A DNA stretch of 64,000 nt from Bdellovibrionales bacterium (GCA_965197425.1 CBDANC010000013.1:243070-307069); one strand, 5' to 3'; positions 20,935-31,424 are shown, counted from the stretch's first letter. Numbers and translations are program-made. The notes: generated by a model from the letters alone, not told the origin.

Positions 20935-21798
20935 CTAGAGTGTTTTAACGAAAGCTGTTAAATATTGTTTAAATTCATCTGCAATTTCAGGGTGCTCTAA
21001 CCCTAGTTCAATGTTTGCCTTTAAAAGGCCTAATTTATTGCCTGTATCAAACCTACGATTTTTGCACTGTTTTGCTATCAGTTTTTCTTGTTTTGCTAGA
21101 ATATTTATAGCACAGGAAAGACCCATTTCCCCACTGTCATTGAAGTTAGGATTTTTTATAATATCCATTATTTCATTATTAAAAACATATCTTCCTGGTA
21201 ATATCCATGTACTATCGCTGGTTTTTGGTTTTTCCACTACCTTTTCTACCTTATAGATTGTGCTTTCTATTGGTGTTACATGTGCTACACCATATTTACT
21301 TACTTCCGAGGGTTTTACATCCAGAATTGAAACCGTGTTTTGCTTAAATTTTTCAAATGTTAAAATAAGCTCTTTCGTTGTATTAGGAGAACCCACCATT
21401 ATTTCATCTGGCAGTAAGACAGCAAAAGGATCCATACCAACTACTGACCTGGCACAATAAATGGCATGCCCTAGACCCAGAGGTTTTTTTTGCCTTACTG
21501 ATATGATATTTGTCTTGTTATAGATGTTTTGCACTGTTTTTAACAGTGTATTCTTGTTTTGTTTTTGCAAGTTGTATTCTAGCTCAAAGGAAACATCAAA
21601 TAGGTCTTCTATAGAGTTTTTATGGCGCCCTTGTACAAATATTATTGTTGTAATTCCAGCTTCGAGAGCTTCTTCAACCACATAGAGTATTGACGGTTTA
21701 TCTACTATATGCAGCATTTCTTTTGGAATATTTTTACTAGCTGGTAATAGCCTTGTACCAAGGCCTGCAACAGGAATTACAGCTTTTGTAATCTTCAT
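20935..21798 (-). CDS. galU: UTP--glucose-1-phosphate uridylyltransferase
   Basis: KAVIPVAGLGTRLLPASK.IPKEML, RQKKPLGLGHA, VEKP. Confidence 0.92.
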   Translation of the reverse strand: MKITKAVIPVAGLGTRLLPASKNIPKEMLHIVDKPSILYVVEEALEAGITTIIFVQGRHKNSIEDLFDVSFELEYNLQKQNKNTLLKTVQNIYNKTNIISVRQKKPLGLGHAIYCARSVVGMDPFAVLLPDEIMVGSPNTTKELILTFEKFKQNTVSILDVKPSEVSKYGVAHVTPIESTIYKVEKVVEKPKTSDSTWILPGRYVFNNEIMDIIKNPNFNDSGEMGLSCAINILAKQEKLIAKQCKNRRFDTGNKLGLLKANIELGLEHPEIADEFKQYLTAFVKTL

Positions 21799-21915
21799 AC
21801 AAGTTGTAGTTAGGACTATAAAAAAGTTCAAGTCAAGCAAAGAAAGTTACAGGTTTGTGGGTAACTAAAAATTCACTTGAAAGAATAAGGATGGTTTACT
21901 ATAAATTAGTTTTTT

Positions 21916-21992
21916 GGTTCGGTAGCTCAATTGGATAGAGCATCTGCCTTCTAAGCAGAGGGTTGCAGGTTCGAGTCCTGCCCGAATCACCA
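21916..21992 (+). tRNA. tRNA-Arg(TCT)
   Basis: Acceptor GGTTCGG/CCGAATC, D-arm TAGCTCAATTGGATAGAGC, anticodon arm TCTGC-CTTCTAA-GCAGA, GGTTCGAGTCC, encoded CCA. Confidence 0.97.
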
Positions 21993-22145
21993 CTTTCAAA
22001 ATAAAATGATACAACCCTACCTTCTAACAAGAGGGTTACATGCTTCTAAGTCCTGCCCGAATCACCACTTTCAAAATAAAATGATACAACCCTACCTTCT
22101 AACAAGAGGGTTACATGCTTCTAAGTCCTAGCCGAATCACCACTT
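21974..22145 (+). repeat. tRNA-linked 75-bp tandem repeat made of decayed tRNA-Arg 3' portions
   Basis: AGTCCT..CCGAATCACCACTT recurs at 21974, 22049 and 22124. Confidence 0.9.
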
Positions 22146-22276
22146 CCATCAATCAAACTTATGATGACTTTGAATTTCAAATTTACGATTACAGATCAAA
22201 TGACAAAACTTAAAATACTCTAAAAGAATGTGGAAAAAAGATAACAGAACAAAATTATTTAGAGGAGAACATTTAG

Positions 22277-23287
22277 TTATCTGTTAATGAGTCTAACACC
22301 ATTTTTTAATTCATTATATCTGTCAATATCACCTTGAGATAACCCATTTACCGCTTCATAAGAGGGTAATACAGCCTTCATTATACTTGCATCATCACCT
22401 GTACTGTGCGTAATACCTAGAACATGCCCTAACTCATGTGCCATAATACCAACAAAATGTGCAGCACGATGCCTACTGCCACCACCTGCTCTAAAGCTTT
22501 CCAAACTTCTCATAAATGCCTGTTGAACAGGACTGTTTGGAACAGAACAGTTAACAAAGCAATCAAAAAAGAATGTGATGCCAGAAGACTCATCACCACT
22601 TTCCCTAAAGTCATTTATTACAATGTCACCCTCAATAAACCTACCAACATACGTATACATGGTACACGCAAAACCAGATGCCTGATTCCTGTCTCCTATA
22701 TTGTTATTTTTGTTCCAATAAATAGTAGAGTAGCCATCACCAGAAGCTGATCCCTCGCTAGTAGAAGTAGTTGGGGGTTCAATTACATTAAAAATATCCT
22801 TGCCTATTCCATTTTCCCAAACTGCAATTGCATCCTCTATCAGCTCCTTATACCTGTCACCAACCTCAAGTCTAGTTGGATCTGAACTATAAATACTATC
22901 ATCTATCACCAAATCTATAGGAACATCATCACCAGCCCCTGCATTGGATCTATAGGCTAACATAGGATTGTACTGCGAAACACCAATGCCCTTACCCCTA
23001 GCCGATGAATCATAATTTTCTTGACCAGGCATACCTTGTTTCATATTGCTAGACTTATCTGGAATTGGAATAGGATCATCTGTGCGAATTATTGTTGTAT
23101 GGGACGAACTAATACAAGCAGGATCTAGATCAAAAGGGTTAAAAGATGTATAAGACCTGCCACTATGCTTTGAAGAACCAAGAGAAGGACTAGAAGAATT
23201 GTCTATATGACCTGCACAATTCTGATAACCTAAAATCAAAAATACACCCATCAAGGCAAAGGCAAAAACAATCAACTTAGAACGCAT
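22277..23287 (-). CDS. Matrixin-like (metzincin) secreted metalloprotease
   Basis: HELGHVLGITH, Met-turn ASIM, EGDIVIN, DI; signal ending YQNC. Confidence 0.8.
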   Translation of the reverse strand: MRSKLIVFAFALMGVFLILGYQNCAGHIDNSSSPSLGSSKHSGRSYTSFNPFDLDPACISSSHTTIIRTDDPIPIPDKSSNMKQGMPGQENYDSSARGKGIGVSQYNPMLAYRSNAGAGDDVPIDLVIDDSIYSSDPTRLEVGDRYKELIEDAIAVWENGIGKDIFNVIEPPTTSTSEGSASGDGYSTIYWNKNNNIGDRNQASGFACTMYTYVGRFIEGDIVINDFRESGDESSGITFFFDCFVNCSVPNSPVQQAFMRSLESFRAGGGSRHRAAHFVGIMAHELGHVLGITHSTGDDASIMKAVLPSYEAVNGLSQGDIDRYNELKNGVRLINR

Positions 23288-23633
23288 TATAAGACACCTC
23301 CATTTTGCAAATATTTATCCAACAAGACCAACCCAAAATACAACCCCCCAACCTACAAAGATTAACAGAATCTAAAGCACAAGAAAATCCAAAACATCTT
23401 ATAAGAAGAAAACAATACCTTTAGTCTAAAAAATTATTCCCACAATCTTTAAAAATTTTGAACTCACCATTATTCACAACAAATACCGCTTTTAAAAGTT
23501 TAATAATCGCACAAGTCACAGATAACATTGTCAAAAAATTAAAATGGTTTCATAAATTATAAATATAAACAATGTAACAACAAAGTTTTTACTTGAATTC
23601 TGTTCAAGTTTGTTACAAGTTTACTGCAAATAT

Positions 23634-24335
23634 ATGACAAATACGGTCACAAACAATACAATCGCAGCTTTGTTATATTTGCTGTTTTCAAGTCCAGTGT
23701 TTGCCAAAACAAACTGTGTTAACTCACTTGAGCCTTACTCTGCACACGACATACAAAATATAGACTTAACGTCACAATTTAAAACCGCAATCTTGGATCA
23801 AGACACAAACAAGGTAAGAGCCTTGTTACTAAATGGCGCTGATCCAAATAAGAAAATTGGTGATATAGAAACGCCACTCTTTCATGCTGTGTGGAGCAAA
23901 AATATAGGGCTTGTAAAAACTCTATTACAATCAGATGAGATTGATGTTAATGCAACAACTAATTGGATACGCGATAAAAAGACAACTGCACTGATGCTGG
24001 CCTCTGAGAAAGGACTTTTGAAAATAGCCAGTTCGCTAATAGAGCACCCAAAAATTAAGCTGAATTTTCAAAATCACAAAGGGCATACAGCATTAATGAT
24101 AGCTATTATAAAACGTAATGTATCTGTTGTGGAATTTCTTATAAACATTAAGGGCATTAATCTACTTATAAGAGACAATGAAGACAGAGACACACTACAA
24201 ATAGCACTGAACCTTAACCATACCACCAGCAATGATATTATCAAAATCATCTTAGACAGCAAGGCATATAACAGGTTGAGTCCGCAATACCGCAACAAAT
24301 ACGACAATATACTCAATAAAAAAAAGTTCTATTAA
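23634..24335 (+). CDS. Secreted ankyrin-repeat protein
   Basis: GADPN, TPLFHAV, TALMLA, GHTALMIA. Confidence 0.8.
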   Translation: MTNTVTNNTIAALLYLLFSSPVFAKTNCVNSLEPYSAHDIQNIDLTSQFKTAILDQDTNKVRALLLNGADPNKKIGDIETPLFHAVWSKNIGLVKTLLQSDEIDVNATTNWIRDKKTTALMLASEKGLLKIASSLIEHPKIKLNFQNHKGHTALMIAIIKRNVSVVEFLINIKGINLLIRDNEDRDTLQIALNLNHTTSNDIIKIILDSKAYNRLSPQYRNKYDNILNKKKFY

Positions 24336-24392
24336 AAAACTATTGCCTTGTAGGTACAAACAAAAATTTCAGCTTTTTATATACATCCAAAG

Positions 24393-25280
24393 CTACGAAG
24401 ACCTTTTGATTTGAATAATTTGACTACCATAAAATATAGCACCCAAGGTTATGACAGCACCTAGCAGTTTCGATGCGTTTATAGGTTCATTAAATAAAAT
24501 TGCACCCATTATAAATGCTGTAATAGGCTGAATTAGTAAAATCAAACCACTACTTGCAACTGGTATCTTAGTCAAATTAGTAGATATTACTACCCAACCA
24601 ATAACTTGGCAAACTACTGCAATTGATATAAGCCACAACCACTGTTCACCCTCTGGGACATAAAATGCCCCGTCAATTGAGTACTGTACAACACCAGAAA
24701 TAACACCAGAAGAACCACACACTATAACAAACAATATTAACAACGAAGAAATACCTTCACCCCTACCCTTTCTAGACAACAAAAAAGTGAAAATGGCATA
24801 TGCTACCCCACCAATTAATGCAAATATGACCCCTCTAAAATAATGTGGGTAACCCTCAAGTGTTAAACCACCAACCAAAAATTTTAAGCCAATCATAACT
24901 AATATGAACGACAAAATATTTTTTAAACCCATCCTATCTTTGTCAAAAAAATGCCCCAACAACATTAAATAAAATACCTGTGTATTAGCCAAAATAGTAC
25001 TAATACCAGCACCAGCATCCAGGATAGCTTGATGCCAAAAGATCATGTCTATCCCAAAAACTGCACCCACAATTAAGTACATAACAATCTTTTTTTTAGA
25101 GATACGATACTTGCCTAAAAATAATAGCCAGACAAAAAAGATAATCGCACTTAAACTAAGACGATAAAATGCAATCCACCCACCAGCTTCAATATCTGCA
25201 AGAGTGGCAAAGATAGGAGCAAAGCCTATACAAAAAGCCCCAAAAACCATCTGTAACTTGTACTTTAAAACATCCGGCAT
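24393..25280 (-). CDS. DMT/EamA family transporter
   Basis: About 10 TM helices in two repeats; AFYRL, LLIQPI. Confidence 0.85.
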   Translation of the reverse strand: MPDVLKYKLQMVFGAFCIGFAPIFATLADIEAGGWIAFYRLSLSAIIFFVWLLFLGKYRISKKKIVMYLIVGAVFGIDMIFWHQAILDAGAGISTILANTQVFYLMLLGHFFDKDRMGLKNILSFILVMIGLKFLVGGLTLEGYPHYFRGVIFALIGGVAYAIFTFLLSRKGRGEGISSLLILFVIVCGSSGVISGVVQYSIDGAFYVPEGEQWLWLISIAVVCQVIGWVVISTNLTKIPVASSGLILLIQPITAFIMGAILFNEPINASKLLGAVITLGAIFYGSQIIQIKRSS

Positions 25281-25331
25281 GAGGGCATTTTAAAGCCAAG
25301 CACAAAATATGTCCCCTAAATTTTTTTATTT

Positions 25332-25466
25332 CTAGGCCACTACCCTAATGCCCGCCTTATACAATCTTTGCTCAATAATAGGCATCACTCTATCTACATA
25401 CTCATTGTGTATAACTGGGATTTTTAAATCCCTTATGAATGGAAACTCCCTACAAACTCCGGATAA
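25332..25466 (-). pseudogene. Probable C-terminal remnant of an S1/P1 nuclease gene
   Basis: Manual translation ...EYVDRVMPIIEQRLYKAGIRVVA* resembles the terminal helix of S1/P1 nucleases; stop upstream. Confidence 0.45.
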
Positions 25467-25511
25467 CTAAGCCTCCAAAGGTCCAGAATCTCAGTATCCC
25501 ACAACAACTTC

Positions 25512-25835
25512 CTATGATTCTAGGTTTTCATTACAAGTTTTTATCACACTAAAAGCCACTTCCTCATAAGGATGTGCCTCTTTCATTGCCTTAATCACTC
25601 CCTCTACATGCTCATCTTCACATACCATCTCAACTTTATATTCCTCTAACTTTTCAAGTTTACCTTCACTACCAATGTGGGGTTTGCTGCCAGATAGCGG
25701 ACAAAATTGACCTGTGCCCTTTAACTCAAAAGAACACGAACCATACCGACCCATCCTTCCAGCATTCGCACGAAACATAGCCTCTTTGACCTTCTCTTTA
25801 TCCGAAGGTGGCACATAAAATGAAATCAAATACAT
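25512..25835 (-). CDS. Standalone NIF3/YqfO PII-like domain protein
   Basis: AG..G.Y..CSF...GTGQF.P..G..P.IG, AHPYEE. Confidence 0.85.
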   Translation of the reverse strand: MYLISFYVPPSDKEKVKEAMFRANAGRMGRYGSCSFELKGTGQFCPLSGSKPHIGSEGKLEKLEEYKVEMVCEDEHVEGVIKAMKEAHPYEEVAFSVIKTCNENLES

Positions 25836-25859
25836 ACTATGCCTAGCTCCATAACAAAA

Positions 25860-27122
25860 TTATACACCCAACTTTTTTATAATCTTACTAGACATGGTTT
25901 TAATTTCTCTTTTATATTTTTCAAAATCAATCTCACCTAACTGCTTTAACTTAGAACCTTGTCCTTTTTTAGAAGAATTACCATCATCTGTATACTTTTG
26001 AACTAAAGAGTATGCGTTTTTACGAGACATGTTTTTATCGATAAGTTTCAACAAAAGTTTTGAGCTTAATATATTCCTTTCAGATTTTTCTAAGTTTTCT
26101 TTCATGCGAGTTTTATTTACTTTTAAGTTTTTTATAACATCAGCCATTCTATGTACTGCATAATCTAAAACTAGAAATGCATCCGGGAATATAACCCTCT
26201 CAACACTAGAGTGGCTAATATCTCTTTCGTGCCAAAGAGTTATGTTTTCCATCACTGGCACCATATAACCTCTAAGCAACCTGGAGATACCACATAGATT
26301 TTCAGATGATACTGGATTTTTTTTGTGAGGCATTGCACTGCTACCATGTTGATCCTTGGAAAACCCCTCACTTACCTCTCCTACCTCAGTTCGCTGCAGA
26401 TGCCTAAGCTCAGTAGCAAGCCTCTCTATCCCTGTTTGATACTGCACCAGAGACAAAATAACTTCCGCATGCCTATCTCTAGGTATAACCTGTGTTGCCA
26501 CTACTTCCGACGTAAGCCCAAATCTACTAGCTACATTTTTTTCAACCAAAGGCGGGATTAAATTATACGCCCCAACAGTCCCAGATAATTTACATATCTT
26601 GAACTGATCTATAGCGCGTTTCACCCTAATACTATTTCTTCTTAACTCTGCCAAATGCCCTGCCATCTTCAACCCAAATGTGGTTATATCAGCATGCATT
26701 CCATGAGTTCTACCAACACAAATTGTTCCACTATGATTTTTAATCAAGCTACCAAGGGAGGCTTCCAATTTTTTAAATCCCTTATCCAGTAACTTAAAAG
26801 CCTCTATAACTTGCAAACTTAGAGCAGTGTCCAACACATCAGAGCTGGTAAGACCATAATGTATAAACCCACCATATTTTTTTATACTGGATTCTAATAC
26901 AGCAACAAAAGCTGCTACATCGTGCTTTGTCCTAGTTTCTATAGATTTAATTTTAGTTTCATTAAATTTAGCTTTTTGTATCGCCAGACCCGCAGCCTTA
27001 GGAATAATCCCACAAGAGGCCTGAACTAAGGCAACTTCCTTTTCCACTTGCAACATAAAACCAAGCCTGGCCTCTGTAGACCAGACAAGTGCCATTTCTT
27101 CCCTGCTGTAACGAGAAATCAA
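25860..27122 (-). CDS. purB: Adenylosuccinate lyase
   Basis: MISRYSR, HYGLTSSD, GRTHG, GSSAMPHKKNP, WHERDISHSS. Confidence 0.95.
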   Translation of the reverse strand: MISRYSREEMALVWSTEARLGFMLQVEKEVALVQASCGIIPKAAGLAIQKAKFNETKIKSIETRTKHDVAAFVAVLESSIKKYGGFIHYGLTSSDVLDTALSLQVIEAFKLLDKGFKKLEASLGSLIKNHSGTICVGRTHGMHADITTFGLKMAGHLAELRRNSIRVKRAIDQFKICKLSGTVGAYNLIPPLVEKNVASRFGLTSEVVATQVIPRDRHAEVILSLVQYQTGIERLATELRHLQRTEVGEVSEGFSKDQHGSSAMPHKKNPVSSENLCGISRLLRGYMVPVMENITLWHERDISHSSVERVIFPDAFLVLDYAVHRMADVIKNLKVNKTRMKENLEKSERNILSSKLLLKLIDKNMSRKNAYSLVQKYTDDGNSSKKGQGSKLKQLGEIDFEKYKREIKTMSSKIIKKLGV

Positions 27123-27132
27123 CCAAAACCCC

Positions 27133-27150
27133 TACGAGCGGAGTGTCCGC
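27133..27150 (-). repeat. 18-bp micro-element, intergenic copy beside the purB RBS
   Basis: Minus strand GCGGACACTCCGCTCGTA. Confidence 0.8.
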
Positions 27151-27229
27151 TGCCGAAGCTAGATGTAAACGAACTAATATGAGTTTTCAAGGAAAAAAGA
27201 AACGAAGCATCGTGGTAAAGCAACTCTCA

Positions 27230-27352
27230 AAGGTCTTCCTAGCAAGGTCAATAAGATGGATTGGTGAAACACAACACGAAGTGCAAGTGAAACCAAAACA
27301 TCTTTTGACCGAGTGGATGCCCAGCTATACACATGTCATCAAACTCATCCCC
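27230..27352 (+). repeat. 123-nt structured element (subfamily A)
   Basis: AAGGTCTTCC head, long stem GGTCAATAAGATG/CATCTTTTGACC, TGCCCAGCT; near-identical to the reverse complement of 47321-47443. Confidence 0.9.
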
Positions 27353-27365
27353 AAGAAAACCAATT

Positions 27366-28043
27366 TTAAGGCTGATGCTTTAACTTATCTATTGTATGAA
27401 CTGCTTCTTCCAAATCTTTTGCGAATTGTTCCCTTAGAGCATTTTCCTTTCTCTTACAGGAGACAAGCTGATTTTCTAAATGAATAACTTTTTTTCTTAA
27501 CTCTTGGACGGCGTTTTTAAAATATTGAACTTCTTCTAGATGTTTTTGTTTCACCTCATTTTGTGAATCAACTTGTTTTTTTAATCCATCAATATAAAGC
27601 CTTACATAGAAAGAAATCCTATTCTTAAACCTGTTAAGCAAGGCTAATTTTTTTGTAGTAGTTTTAAAATTTTCCTCTTGAAGAGAGTAAATTTCATAGA
27701 GTCTGGCATATTTTGCCTCACTCTCACTGAGTTTGCCCGATATATCCTTTAAACCTAAACTGCTATTGCTGTTTTCGTTTCTTAAGATATCTAGCTCATC
27801 ATCCATGCTTCTGGTTTTTTGTTTTAAATAATTATTTTCTTCTTCTATTTGAGATACTCTGGTTTCTAGGTTTGCATTTCTTCTTAACGCAACAGACAAC
27901 CTATACATAAGATCTGTGTTCTGAGTTAATACCTCATCCACAGTCTCAGAAAGATGGTTAGGCTTACCAACCTGCACGGGAACAGGAATCTCATCTGGAG
28001 TAGGTACACTCTCAAGCTCTTCTGATATAATCTCTTCAGACAT
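27366..28043 (-). CDS. Coiled-coil hypothetical protein
   Basis: 225-aa ORF, heptad-like K/E/L composition. Confidence 0.6.
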   Translation of the reverse strand: MSEEIISEELESVPTPDEIPVPVQVGKPNHLSETVDEVLTQNTDLMYRLSVALRRNANLETRVSQIEEENNYLKQKTRSMDDELDILRNENSNSSLGLKDISGKLSESEAKYARLYEIYSLQEENFKTTTKKLALLNRFKNRISFYVRLYIDGLKKQVDSQNEVKQKHLEEVQYFKNAVQELRKKVIHLENQLVSCKRKENALREQFAKDLEEAVHTIDKLKHQP

Positions 28044-28112
28044 GTACCTTCAATTTTTATAAAAAAGGAGGAGTTCATCAAAACTTATTATAATTTCAGG
28101 CCAAAAGACTGG

Positions 28113-29060
28113 TCAAAGGATTGGGTTTGACTCTGTATGATTAAGGTTTTGAAATTTTACTTCGTTCTGACCCAATTTGCTTAAAGCTAATTGTACATAA
28201 TCTCGATTTATATCGTATCCAATATATTTTCGGCCCTTACCTTGTGCTGACAGTGCAGTAGTCCCACTTCCAATAAATGGGTCTAACACTATATCTCCAT
28301 GAAAGGAGTAGAGTTCAATAAGACGAGAAGGAAGTTCTAAAGGAAAAGGTGCAGGGTGACCAGCTTTCTTAGCACTTGTAGTATTAAATTTCCAGATACT
28401 CTTTGTGTATTCTAAGAATTGATCTCTATCGATTTCTTGTTTTTGAGAGGAAGTTCTGTTATAAATCCCCTTACAAAAAACCAAAATGTATTCATGTACA
28501 TCCCTAAGTACAGGATTACTAGCTGATCGCCAACTACCCCAAGCACATGAAACACCTGCACTTGCCCCTTTATCCCATATGATTTCACCTCTCATAAGAA
28601 AACCACAATTTAAGGCTATTTCGATAACATGTGAGTGAAGAGGTATGTAAGGAGTTCTACCTATGTTTGCAATGTTGATACATGCCCTACCACCTACTAC
28701 CAACACTCTGTAAACTTCATTCAAAACATCAAATAGCAAGCTTTTATACTCGTCAAAGGATAAATCACTATCATAATCTTTGCCCACATTGTAAGGAGGA
28801 GAGGTCACCATTAAGTGAACAGATTTATCTGGCAAATGCTTCATATTTCTACTATCATGGCAGTAAATCACATCAACTTTATCCGGGCAGTTCCAATCGT
28901 AATTAACTTCACTTTGTGTTGCTTTTTTCTTCTCATACATTTTACGACCATAGAACCTAGAAGAATCATGACCTTCCCTTGTGGGTGTGCCAAAAGATTG
29001 GGTTTCGCTTTTATTTGTACTTTTTTTGCGTTCTATTTTTCTTCCCATAGTTCTATCCAT
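28113..29060 (-). CDS. Beta-class amino DNA methyltransferase of a type II RM pair
   Basis: VTSPPYN (motif IV) precedes HPAPFP and VLDPFIGSGTT (motif I); start overlaps the end of the endonuclease pseudogene. Confidence 0.9.
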   Translation of the reverse strand: MDRTMGRKIERKKSTNKSETQSFGTPTREGHDSSRFYGRKMYEKKKATQSEVNYDWNCPDKVDVIYCHDSRNMKHLPDKSVHLMVTSPPYNVGKDYDSDLSFDEYKSLLFDVLNEVYRVLVVGGRACINIANIGRTPYIPLHSHVIEIALNCGFLMRGEIIWDKGASAGVSCAWGSWRSASNPVLRDVHEYILVFCKGIYNRTSSQKQEIDRDQFLEYTKSIWKFNTTSAKKAGHPAPFPLELPSRLIELYSFHGDIVLDPFIGSGTTALSAQGKGRKYIGYDINRDYVQLALSKLGQNEVKFQNLNHTESNPIL

Positions 29061-29675
29061 TTCTTATACAAAAACTCTTGCTTATTTAATTTTTTATCTC
29101 TCATCTAATTAATCGATAGATATAATGTGTCAGAGTGGCTTTTCAACTGCTTTAATGCTTTGCTTTGTATTTCTATACCCCTGGCATTAGTGCCACGTTT
29201 TGGAACTTTTAAATATTTTTCTTCCCCCAAAATTTTCAATATTTTCTTCTGAATATCTACAGGAATAAAATAAAATCCACCCGCAATTGTATTCCATTGA
29301 ATTTGAACTAACAATAAATGACAAGCTGGAACATATTCTTCAACAAATATTTTTGTTTTATCCCAATCAACAGTCCAAGCGATCTTTACTCCAGCATCAC
29401 TAGAATCAGTTTTAGTTTTGATTGAAATTGGCTGATCCTTCACATAAATATCTGTTTCATGTTCAGTTGTATCTGGAAAAGTAACAGCTTTGCTTCCAAA
29501 AGTGTGCATTAAAAGAGCTGCCAAAACTCTCTCCCTTGCAACACCCACTTCCCATGTCTATTCTATTCCCTCTTGTACTTTCCAATTCTACTATATTAAA
29601 CAACTTGGGTAGCTTGTGTTATATTTTATCACTAAAGGGGTGTGAAAATAGCTTGTCAATAAACATCGGCGTCAT
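29033..29675 (-). pseudogene. ThaI-family-like type II restriction endonuclease, inactivated
   Basis: LPKLF..VELESTR...MEVG.ARE..L.ALL, ETD...PISIKT; TAA at 29619-21, +1 G at about 29551, TAG at 29105-07 with the frame continuing to YKKWIELWEEK*. Confidence 0.75.
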
Positions 29676-29762
29676 ATTACAAACTGGGACAGTTTGTAGC
29701 AAGTTTTTTAATTCAAAAAGCCTATGGGGGGTCTGTTTGAAGTTAATCGGATAGGCAAAGGG

Positions 29763-30860
29763 TCATACATTAAACTTGAAAAACAATATATCACCATCTC
29801 GCACCACATAATCTCTGCCCTCAGACCTATACAAGCCCTTTAGCTTAACCTCATTTTCTGACCCAAGCTTAAATAGATCATCGCAGTGATATTTTTCTGC
29901 CCTTATGAACCCTCTTTCAAAATCAGAGTGTATTTTGCCAGCAGCTTGAGATGCCACCGTGTCTTTCTGTATACTCCAAGAACGTACCTCCTTCTGTCCT
30001 GCAGTAAAAAAAGTAATTAAATCAAGCTGCCTATAAGAAGCCAGTATTAACCTATCTAGACCAGAACTAGAAAGACTCATCGATTCTAAATACAAACCTC
30101 TCTCACTTTCAGGTAGCCTAGCAATTTCCTCTTCAATCTTAGAGCATATGCTTAAAACCTCACTCTCATGCGAAAATTTTCGAAAAACCTCTTGCGAGAG
30201 TTTATCATTACCCCCTTCATCTACATTGCAGAGATAAATAACAGGCTTACCTGTGATCAAAAAAAGATCTTCAATATCCAAAATTCTCTTAAAACTTTTA
30301 GCAAAGCTACCATCACCTATGTGAGATAATAACTGCTCCGTAAGATCGATTTGCTTTTTTAAAGATGGATCACCTTTTGCTTTGACCTTTAGTTTTTTAA
30401 TCCTAGCTTCTACAGTATTTATATCCGCTAATAATAGTTCCGTATTAATAATCTCAATGTCTCTTAGCGGATTTACAGAGACTCCGCTTGTAACGGAAAC
30501 TCCACTTGTAACTGTCTCTGAAACATGAGTAATATTAGAATCTTCGAAGCACCTTACAACATGAATTATTATATCTGTTTCTCTGATGTGACTTAAAAAC
30601 TTATTGCCAAGCCCCTCTCCAACAGAGGCCCCCTTTACAAGTCCTGCTATATCTACAAACTCAATTGTGGAAGGTATAGTTTTCTCTGGCTTAAAAATCT
30701 CACTGATTTTATTAAGTCTCTTATCGGGAACAACCACCACACCTACATTTGGCTCTATTGTGCAGAATGGATAGTTGCTACTTTCGGCATTAGCATTTGT
30801 TAAAGCATTAAATAGTGTACTCTTCCCTACATTGGGAAGGCCCACGATTCCACATTTCAT
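29763..30860 (-). CDS. ychF: Redox-regulated ATPase YchF
   Basis: [52 protein letters not shown]. Confidence 0.97.
   Translation of the reverse strand: MKCGIVGLPNVGKSTLFNALTNANAESSNYPFCTIEPNVGVVVVPDKRLNKISEIFKPEKTIPSTIEFVDIAGLVKGASVGEGLGNKFLSHIRETDIIIHVVRCFEDSNITHVSETVTSGVSVTSGVSVNPLRDIEIINTELLLADINTVEARIKKLKVKAKGDPSLKKQIDLTEQLLSHIGDGSFAKSFKRILDIEDLFLITGKPVIYLCNVDEGGNDKLSQEVFRKFSHESEVLSICSKIEEEIARLPESERGLYLESMSLSSSGLDRLILASYRQLDLITFFTAGQKEVRSWSIQKDTVASQAAGKIHSDFERGFIRAEKYHCDDLFKLGSENEVKLKGLYRSEGRDYVVRDGDILFFKFNV
30475..30510 (+). repeat. Two tandem 18-bp micro-elements inside ychF (TSGVSV x2)
   Basis: ACAGAGACTCCGCTTGTA ACGGAAACTCCACTTGTA interrupt the HV...V-NP.RDIE motif. Confidence 0.85.
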
Positions 30861-30863
30861 AGA

Positions 30864-31424
30864 TCACCTAAAATCTTTTCTGTTGCACTGAACTGCTGCC
30901 TTGAAACCGTCTTTTATAAATTTCTCAACACATACAACAGTGTAAGACAAAAGTTCTTCTATGCACTCCAATTCTTCAGGCTGAAATTTGCCCAGTACAT
31001 GATTATGAGTACTGTCAGATTTTCCAATGCCAATTTTAAGTCTGTTATAACCCTGGCTATTTAACTTGTCTGAAATATCTTGCACTCCATTATGTCCTCC
31101 AGAACCTCTATCAGATTGAAACTTAACAGCTCCAAACTTTTGATCTACGTCATCATGAATCACCAACAAATTATCCAAAGAAATTTTATAATAATTAACC
31201 AAGGATAAAACAGGACCACCAGAATTATTCATAAAAATAATAGGCTTTGCAAAAATACAAGGTGTTTCCTCAATAGATATTTTGTGTACTAATGCGCTGT
31301 GATTTTCTTTTGGCGCAGAAGCGCCATGCTTTTTTACGAAAGAATCGACCACCGCAAAACCAATGTTATGCCTAGTATTGTGGTATTTTTCACTGGGGTT
31401 TCCTAAACCAACTATCAGAAGCAT
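30864..31424 (-). CDS. pth: Peptidyl-tRNA hydrolase
   Basis: LIVGLGNP, TRHNIGF, FMNNSG, HDD, GGHNG. Confidence 0.95.
   Translation of the reverse strand: MLLIVGLGNPSEKYHNTRHNIGFAVVDSFVKKHGASAPKENHSALVHKISIEETPCIFAKPIIFMNNSGGPVLSLVNYYKISLDNLLVIHDDVDQKFGAVKFQSDRGSGGHNGVQDISDKLNSQGYNRLKIGIGKSDSTHNHVLGKFQPEELECIEELLSYTVVCVEKFIKDGFKAAVQCNRKDFR

Noticed and set aside
22746..22763. Decayed 18-bp element in the matrixin gene (GCTGATCCCTCGCTAGTA, TSEGSA)
   Set aside because: About 14/18 match with a broken hairpin in a low-complexity linker; plausible, but not counted without an orthologue alignment.
23591..23609. Palindrome ACTTGAA-N5-TTCAAGT upstream of an ankyrin gene
   Set aside because: Single occurrence in AT-rich DNA; cannot be assigned to a regulator.
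27089..27487. ORFs 27089-27487, 47186-47392, 47244-47456 and 47978-48163
   Set aside because: They are translations of the 123-nt repeat and overlap real genes on the opposite strand or have no recognisable domain.
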